Virus record (IMG/VR): IMGVR_UViG_3300036546_000076
Span: 1-30,321 of that record
Length of the DNA stretch: 30,321 nt
Origin: a virus
Taxonomy: Duplodnaviria > Caudoviricetes
Strand: one strand, 5' to 3'
Within the stretch, counting starts at the first letter, position 1. Every line of letters begins with the position of its first letter. The translations under genes were made by a program, and so were the position numbers. Below are positions 26,116 to 30,321 of the stretch, piece after piece. The notes under the pieces were generated by a model. That model was not told the DNA's origin. It searched no databases and was given only the letters and a program-made list of their open reading frames with translations.

Positions 26116-26481
26116 TTAATTTTCCTCCTTTTTCATGTAAGTGATGATATTTTCAACATCAACACCTCTTGTGTTTAATTCTTTTAACATTGCTGATCCT
26201 AGTGGACTGGTTAGCGTATATTCAATACACTCGTCGGGCTTCATTTTTGTAATTTCCCGAATCGATTCTTTTCTTAATTCAGTTCTTTTACTCTTGGTCC
26301 AAACGCTGTTAATGGGAATTCCTGATTTATCAACATCCTGAATCAGCATCGATATAACCCTTAAAGGCTTGCTGATTATCATTTTCAAAGTGTTAATAAT
26401 ATGTGTTGTTTCCATATTGCTTACCGGTATGTATTCGCCTTGGCCGGTTATCCACTCGTCACTATCAAATCTTGTATTCAC
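26116..26481 (-). CDS. Hypothetical phage protein
   Basis: 121 aa, GTG start with an AAGGAG SD, AT-rich, with the pattern W.T..G..I.V..M.T.H..N.L. Confidence 0.7.
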   Translation of the reverse strand: MNTRFDSDEWITGQGEYIPVSNMETTHIINTLKMIISKPLRVISMLIQDVDKSGIPINSVWTKSKRTELRKESIREITKMKPDECIEYTLTSPLGSAMLKELNTRGVDVENIITYMKKEEN

Positions 26482-26482
26482 T

Positions 26483-26776
26483 TTATTTTTTCTCCTTATT
26501 TTTTATTCTGTTTGAAACATCTTTGAATTCTACAATACCGACAACAGACGAATTTTTACTTTTGTACTTTAAAATCACACCGTTTGATGTGGGCTCAAAT
26601 CCCAGAATATCAATCTTTTTATCTTTCATGAATTTCATATATGGCTGTTCAGCAATCATTGCTGTTTCGCCGGTTGTGGTTACTATTGGTGTCAGTTTCC
26701 GGTACAAAGAACCAGATCCCTGTGGTTCTCCAAACTGATGATTATTTCTAAGCCGTTCCGCTTCTTCGATTGTCAT
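26483..26776 (-). CDS. Hypothetical phage protein
   Basis: 97 aa, ATGA-coupled to the upstream gene. Confidence 0.65.
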   Translation of the reverse strand: MTIEEAERLRNNHQFGEPQGSGSLYRKLTPIVTTTGETAMIAEQPYMKFMKDKKIDILGFEPTSNGVILKYKSKNSSVVGIVEFKDVSNRIKNKEKK

Positions 26777-27024
26777 TTAGGTACCGCCAATTCCAACGCC
26801 TTACTCACCGTGTGACAATACTTTTTACCTACCTGGAAGATCTGGCCAGTACCGGCAAAGTTTTCCCGGAATTTTATTTCTTCACATCCGGGGCGAATGC
26901 AGTGATAAACATTGCCTTTGCGGGATATTTCAAAGCAGTTTTTCTCTAAAATCTCAATGACTTTTTGAGTACTTTTTGTGTAAACTTGATCTCTGATCGG
27001 TTGCTCCATGCATATTTCCATCAT
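26773..27024 (-). CDS. Hypothetical phage protein
   Basis: 83 aa, translationally coupled on both sides. Confidence 0.6.
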   Translation of the reverse strand: MMEICMEQPIRDQVYTKSTQKVIEILEKNCFEISRKGNVYHCIRPGCEEIKFRENFAGTGQIFQVGKKYCHTVSKALELAVPK

Positions 27025-27920
27025 TTAACCCCCACATCAATCCCAGTGATTTGTTGAAACTTCTTAGCATCAAAATTGGGGATCTCTCGAATGCACTGTT
27101 TTTGATCATCCGTCAATTTATCCCACCACTCCTGATATGCCTTGCTGATGTCACGTTCCTTCAGATAACCGCCGGTTGTTTCATAGGTCGGATAATCCGA
27201 TTTCTCTTGATCTGTCATATCTTCGGCGTAAATCCATTGGGTTGGTCGTCTGCCAACTTCCCATAGTAGATAATAAGCACGACTGTTTCGCCATTGGTTC
27301 CAGGTCATTTCGGTTTCTTGGTCAAAGAATAATAATTTATGATCGTCGACATTAAAACACCCTGTATTATTATCAGTTAGGTTAAAATCTCCGCTGTTCC
27401 GGTGGCCTGAGTTCTGGTGGCCTGAGTTCCGGTGGCCTGAGTTCCGGTCGCCTGAGTTCCGGTGGCCTGAGTTCCGGTGGCCTGTGTTCCAGTCGCCTGA
27501 GTTCTGGTCGCCTGAGTTCCGGTGGCCTGTGTTCCAGTCGCCTGAGTTCTGGTCGCCTGAGTTCTGGTCGCCTGTGTTCCGGTCGCCTGAGTTCTGGTGG
27601 CCTGTGTTCCCCAAACCGGTATTTCCTTTTCCACTATTGACCAACTCTAAAACTTCATGCCAGGTCAACTCTTTTACGATCTTGATTTTATTCGTACAGC
27701 ACTTATCATCACCCTCGGCAATATCGCCCAGTGCTTCGATCTCAGCGACTTTATTGTTCGGATCGAAATTGTAATAATTAAAGCAATCCGCTAACTTCTT
27801 GCAGAAATGGAATCCTCGGTCGCACACCGATGGGTTGACCTTTTCCTCATAGGTTTCACCGATTTGGTACTGGAATCCTCGACACGTCCAATCTGGGTTA
27901 AAAACTTTATATGCTATCAT
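27021..27920 (-). CDS. Phage pentapeptide (G-x-x-N-S/T) repeat protein
   Basis: N-terminal YKVF..DW.CRGFQY..G...C.RGFHFC domain, a central G[DH][QRW]N[ST] array and a C-terminal P...TTGGYL...WW..L....IPNFD...F..ITGI domain. Confidence 0.85.
   Translation of the reverse strand: MIAYKVFNPDWTCRGFQYQIGETYEEKVNPSVCDRGFHFCKKLADCFNYYNFDPNNKVAEIEALGDIAEGDDKCCTNKIKIVKELTWHEVLELVNSGKGNTGLGNTGHQNSGDRNTGDQNSGDQNSGDWNTGHRNSGDQNSGDWNTGHRNSGHRNSGDRNSGHRNSGHQNSGHRNSGDFNLTDNNTGCFNVDDHKLLFFDQETEMTWNQWRNSRAYYLLWEVGRRPTQWIYAEDMTDQEKSDYPTYETTGGYLKERDISKAYQEWWDKLTDDQKQCIREIPNFDAKKFQQITGIDVGVK
27391..27610. repeat. 15-bp tandem repeat, 14 units plus a partial unit
   Basis: Consensus CCTG(A/T)GTTC(C/T)(G/A)GT(G/C)G, with an exact 45-bp duplication at 27466-27510 / 27511-27555. 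Confidence 0.95.
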
Positions 27921-28100
27921 TTATCTACCTTCTTTCTCAAAATATTCCGGGTGCCCATGTCTCAGGAAGTTCCACACTTGACCGGCTGACATCGAACCGA
28001 TCAACTGGCCGTCCTTCAATATCTTCTTTTGATAGGTGTCTTTGATATCTTCGGTCGCATATCCTAATTCTGCCAAAACATCATTTAATGATTTACTCAT
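27921..28100 (-). CDS. Small hypothetical protein (59 aa)
   Basis: Not in the track: MSKSLNDVLAELGYATEDIKDTYQKKILKDGQLIGSMSAGQVWNFLRHGHPEYFEKEGR*. It has a GAAAGGA SD and its TAA abuts the next ATG. Confidence 0.7.
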   Translation of the reverse strand: MSKSLNDVLAELGYATEDIKDTYQKKILKDGQLIGSMSAGQVWNFLRHGHPEYFEKEGR

Positions 28101-28192
28101 TGTTTAAATCCTTTCTTTTGTGGTATACTTGTAATAACTATTTTTGTACCGGCTCCAAACATCGACTGCAATCGATTGGAGCTTTTTTTATT
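28100..28192 (+). ncRNA. Putative short antisense transcription unit (extended -10 promoter plus intrinsic terminator)
   Basis: TGGTATACT extended -10 at 28121-28129 and a weak -35 TTGTTT at 28100. A hairpin GCTCCAA...TTGGAGC (28152-28182) is followed by T7 on the + strand. Confidence 0.45.
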
Positions 28193-28380
28193 TTGACAAT
28201 TTGCAATTTATAACCCAAGGCATTAAGAACTTTTTGAAGAACATCAATCCTCGGAACTGTTTCGCCGGTTTTCCATCTGCAAATAACTGAATCTGCAACC
28301 CCGGAATGCTTTGCTAATTTACCTAAACTTAACTTTTTTTCTGTTCGAATTCCGCTAATTATTTCACCAATATTATTCAC
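28138..28380 (-). CDS. XRE-family helix-turn-helix protein
   Basis: IRTEKKLSLGKLAKHSGVADSVICRWKTGETVPRIDVLQKVLNALG. The likely start is GTG 28380, overlapping the TGA of the upstream ORF. Confidence 0.85.
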   Translation of the reverse strand: MNNIGEIISGIRTEKKLSLGKLAKHSGVADSVICRWKTGETVPRIDVLQKVLNALGYKLQIVKIKKAPIDCSRCLEPVQK

Positions 28381-28550
28381 TTCACACCAGCCCAATAAAT
28401 CGGTCGCTGTCTGGCTCGTTTGTCCAACTCAACCCATTTCAAGAATCCCTCGGGCTCGCCCATCTTCTCATCAAAATAATGTCCGACTTCCCGGTTTATC
28501 TTTCTGGTTGTCTGCATCTGGTTTTGTTGCTCATAGGTTAAGTTACTCAT
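28377..28550 (-). CDS. Small hypothetical protein (57 aa)
   Basis: Not in the track: MSNLTYEQQNQMQTTRKINREVGHYFDEKMGEPEGFLKWVELDKRARQRPIYWAGVK*. It has ATGA/GTGA overlaps at both ends. Confidence 0.6.
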   Translation of the reverse strand: MSNLTYEQQNQMQTTRKINREVGHYFDEKMGEPEGFLKWVELDKRARQRPIYWAGVK

Positions 28551-28642
28551 TTTTTTCGCCGTGGGGTTATTTCAACCGTCTGGCCGATGATCACGCCAAT
28601 GAACAATCCAAACAACAGCGCTGATAAATATCCAAAAATCAT
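28547..28642 (-). CDS. 31-aa single-pass membrane peptide
   Basis: MIFGYLSALLFGLFIGVIIGQTVEITPRRKK*, with an AAGGAGG SD and ATGA overlaps on both sides. Confidence 0.6.
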   Translation of the reverse strand: MIFGYLSALLFGLFIGVIIGQTVEITPRRKK

Positions 28643-29361
28643 TTACTTTCCTCCTTTACTGGAACCGGTGGGTTAAGCCAGAAGACTTCGAGTCGCAAGT
28701 CTGCGTTTTCTTTTTTCAGCTTTTTAAGCTCCATTCCCATGTCGTAGTTTTCTTTTTTCAGTACGTTTGCAATGGATCGGTGTCCATTTTTATCGGCTTC
28801 TAATCCTGTAATTCTTTTTCCAGCAGTCTCAAGATCCTCTTGAAGGTTCTCGTTTTTCTTTACCAACCTTGTTACTTCGTCAGAGTAATTTTTCGCAATT
28901 GTACGTTCTATCTGAAGCTTACTTTCAAGCTCCACAATCTTATCTTGAAGTTTCGCAATCTTCCCCTGCAACCGGACGTTCTCGGCGCATTCCCGGGTCT
29001 CACGCTCTTTGATGGTTTCCAGTGTTTTCATGAAATCACGTCGCAACTCATCAACTTGGCCTACATAGTTGATTTGAATTTTATTTAATTCTTCGATGCA
29101 GTCAATGTGGTCAATTGCCCAATCGGCTCGAAGGTCATTAATGTCTTTGACCAGTTCAAAATGTTTCTCAACCAAGAAAGAATTATCGTCTTCTAATTCT
29201 TTTATTCTGCCTTTGGCCATTGTTGTGTCAGTTCCATGAATAACCTGTAATTCTTTTATTTTCGCGGTTTTTCGAGATGTCAGCACTGTGTCAATTTTTG
29301 CAGCGGTGTTTAAATCGTCCACATGTTCTTCTAATAGTTGGATGCATAGGTCTTTATTCAT
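28639..29361 (-). CDS. Coiled-coil hypothetical protein
   Basis: 240 aa, E/K/L-rich heptads throughout, with an AAGGAGG SD. Confidence 0.75.
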   Translation of the reverse strand: MNKDLCIQLLEEHVDDLNTAAKIDTVLTSRKTAKIKELQVIHGTDTTMAKGRIKELEDDNSFLVEKHFELVKDINDLRADWAIDHIDCIEELNKIQINYVGQVDELRRDFMKTLETIKERETRECAENVRLQGKIAKLQDKIVELESKLQIERTIAKNYSDEVTRLVKKNENLQEDLETAGKRITGLEADKNGHRSIANVLKKENYDMGMELKKLKKENADLRLEVFWLNPPVPVKEESK

Positions 29362-29373
29362 TTGCGTTCCTCC

Positions 29374-29625
29374 TTACCCTAAGGGTTGAATATCTTCAAA
29401 AATTTGATTAAACATTGCCGTTACTCGACTGTTTGGAGCCAATGCCAGAACCGGGGTTTGATCTTCACAGAATGTAATCACCTGAGTTTCAAGGTTTAGC
29501 ATGACAGTCATGCCATCGCCTTGATCAACGCCGATTGCTGCCAGACCATTCTGATCAGAGCGGGGGACTTGAATGTCTGAACAACATTCGATGTAAGCTT
29601 TGATTTCTTCATAGTAGGTTTTCAT
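29374..29625 (-). CDS. Hypothetical phage protein
   Basis: 83 aa, acidic, with a GAAAGGA SD. Confidence 0.7.
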   Translation of the reverse strand: MKTYYEEIKAYIECCSDIQVPRSDQNGLAAIGVDQGDGMTVMLNLETQVITFCEDQTPVLALAPNSRVTAMFNQIFEDIQPLG

Positions 29626-29641
29626 TTAGTTTCCTTTCTGC

Positions 29642-29803
29642 CTAACTGGCTTGTTTACCCATGGAATCAGTTTTTTCTTTTTCGACACGTTCCGCCACGC
29701 CTTTGATCAGCGTATACAGAGCGATAAATTGTCCGGTAGGCGAAACCGTGATTGAGCCCATGTCTTCAATCACAGTCCCATCTTTGCGGATGTTTATAAC
29801 CAT
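29642..29803 (-). CDS. Small hypothetical protein (53 aa)
   Basis: Not in the track: MVINIRKDGTVIEDMGSITVSPTGQFIALYTLIKGVAERVEKEKTDSMGKQAS*, with a strong AAAGGAGG SD. Confidence 0.7.
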   Translation of the reverse strand: MVINIRKDGTVIEDMGSITVSPTGQFIALYTLIKGVAERVEKEKTDSMGKQAS

Positions 29804-29819
29804 TTTATAGTCCTCCTTT

Positions 29820-30053
29820 CTAACTACTTCTGCTAAAAGTATCTTTTAAAGTTCCTTCATCTGCAAAAAAAATTTTAACTGGGTCTTCAATCTTTAAAAT
29901 TTTAATCATCTTTTCGATTTCATCGGAACCAAAAACACCTTTTTGCATCTTTAAAGTAAAGGTTTTTGGCGTAATTCCAAGCATACTGGCTATTTGAGTT
30001 TGGTTATAGCCATTTGCCGTAATTCTACCTTTGAGTTCATTGACTAGTATCAT
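29820..30053 (-). CDS. Cro-like transcriptional regulator (DUF739-like HTH)
   Basis: 77 aa (LKGRI...GYNQ.QIA..LGI...TF..KM..G.F...EI...L.I..P..IFF). It is the first gene of the lytic operon, divergent from the repressor. Confidence 0.85.
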   Translation of the reverse strand: MILVNELKGRITANGYNQTQIASMLGITPKTFTLKMQKGVFGSDEIEKMIKILKIEDPVKIFFADEGTLKDTFSRSS

Positions 30054-30070
30054 AAGATCACCTCCTTTGC

Positions 30071-30167
30071 GTGACTTCTTAAGTTACTTCAATTCTAATC
30101 TTGATTATGTAACTTGTCAAGTTTTATTTTTCCGTTACTTTAACATTTATGTTGCTTTTTAAGTTAT
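30071..30167. promoter_or_regulatory. Repressor operator array, consensus GTAACTT-N3-AAGTTAC
   Basis: GTGACTTCTTAAGTTAC (30071-30087), GTAACTTGTCAAGTTTT (30109-30125) and GTTGCTTTTTAAGTTAT (30151-30167). A fourth copy, GTATCTTTTAAAGTTCC, lies at 29839-29855 near the end of cro. Confidence 0.7.
30092..30120 (-). promoter_or_regulatory. Lytic (leftward) sigma-A promoter
   Basis: TTGACA (30120-30115), a 17-bp spacer, then TAGAAT (30097-30092), upstream of cro and overlapped by an operator. Confidence 0.8.
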
Positions 30168-30180
30168 TTATTGCTATAAT
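30152..30180 (+). promoter_or_regulatory. Repressor (rightward) sigma-A promoter
   Basis: TTGCTT (30152-30157), a 17-bp spacer, then TG-n-TATAAT (30175-30180). Confidence 0.75.
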
Positions 30181-30212
30181 CGTACCAATAAAAATATGGA
30201 AGGAGAACGCTT

Positions 30213-30321
30213 GTGAACGTTGGGGAACGAATAAAAGAATTAAGAATAAATCATGATATGACTCAAGAATATGTTGGGAATTATATTGAGGTAACAAAGC
30301 AAACTCTTTATAAATATGAAA
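30213..30321 (+). CDS. CI-like XRE repressor, N-terminal HTH (truncated by the window edge)
   Basis: AAGGAG SD and GTG start: MNVGERIKELRINHDMTQEYVGNYIEVTKQTLYKYE. It is divergent from cro. Confidence 0.85.
   Translation, partial: MNVGERIKELRINHDMTQEYVGNYIEVTKQTLYKYE

Noticed and set aside
27391-27610. Possible CRISPR array or DGR template/variable repeat
   Set aside because: The units are contiguous 15-mers with no spacers and lie in frame within a gene. There is no reverse transcriptase or adenine-specific TR/VR pair in the window.
27377-27774. Alternative-frame ORFs over the repeat (TQATG... on minus, SPEFW... on plus)
   Set aside because: These are open only because the 15-bp unit lacks stops in those frames. 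They have no SD or independent domain.
1484-27989. The many plus-strand ORFs of 60-146 aa in the track
   Set aside because: They are antisense shadows of well-supported minus-strand phage genes, with no SDs or recognisable motifs.

Overview
This window is the central ~30 kb of a temperate tailed (siphovirus-type) phage or prophage of a Bacillota (Firmicutes) host, encoded almost entirely on the minus strand. Read right to left it contains the following. (1) The genetic switch: the 5' end of a CI-like repressor on +, divergent sigma-A promoters with palindromic operators, and a Cro-like gene. (2) A run of small early accessory genes, including an XRE HTH protein, a coiled-coil protein and a pentapeptide-repeat protein. 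(3) A PolA-type replication module: DUF2800 nuclease, DUF2815 SSB, DNA polymerase A, VirE-type primase/helicase, a repeat-rich putative origin, VRR-NUC and an SNF2 helicase. (4) A DUF5664-like nucleotide diphosphohydrolase and a probable late activator. (5) An A118/SPP1-like morphogenesis operon from terS/terL through to baseplate genes. Integrase and lysis genes are not in the window. The most notable observations are: an uncalled Com-like zinc-finger ORF followed by a hairpin that buries the SD and TTG start of the tape-measure gene; a MuF-type minor capsid protein with a C-terminal RNase-like toxin and a coupled acidic immunity gene; identity between the immunity-region operator consensus and the origin repeats; tandem pseudoknots before the scaffold gene; and Q/P/Y-rich low-complexity regions shared by two replication proteins. 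All family assignments come from motif recognition and synteny, not database searches.
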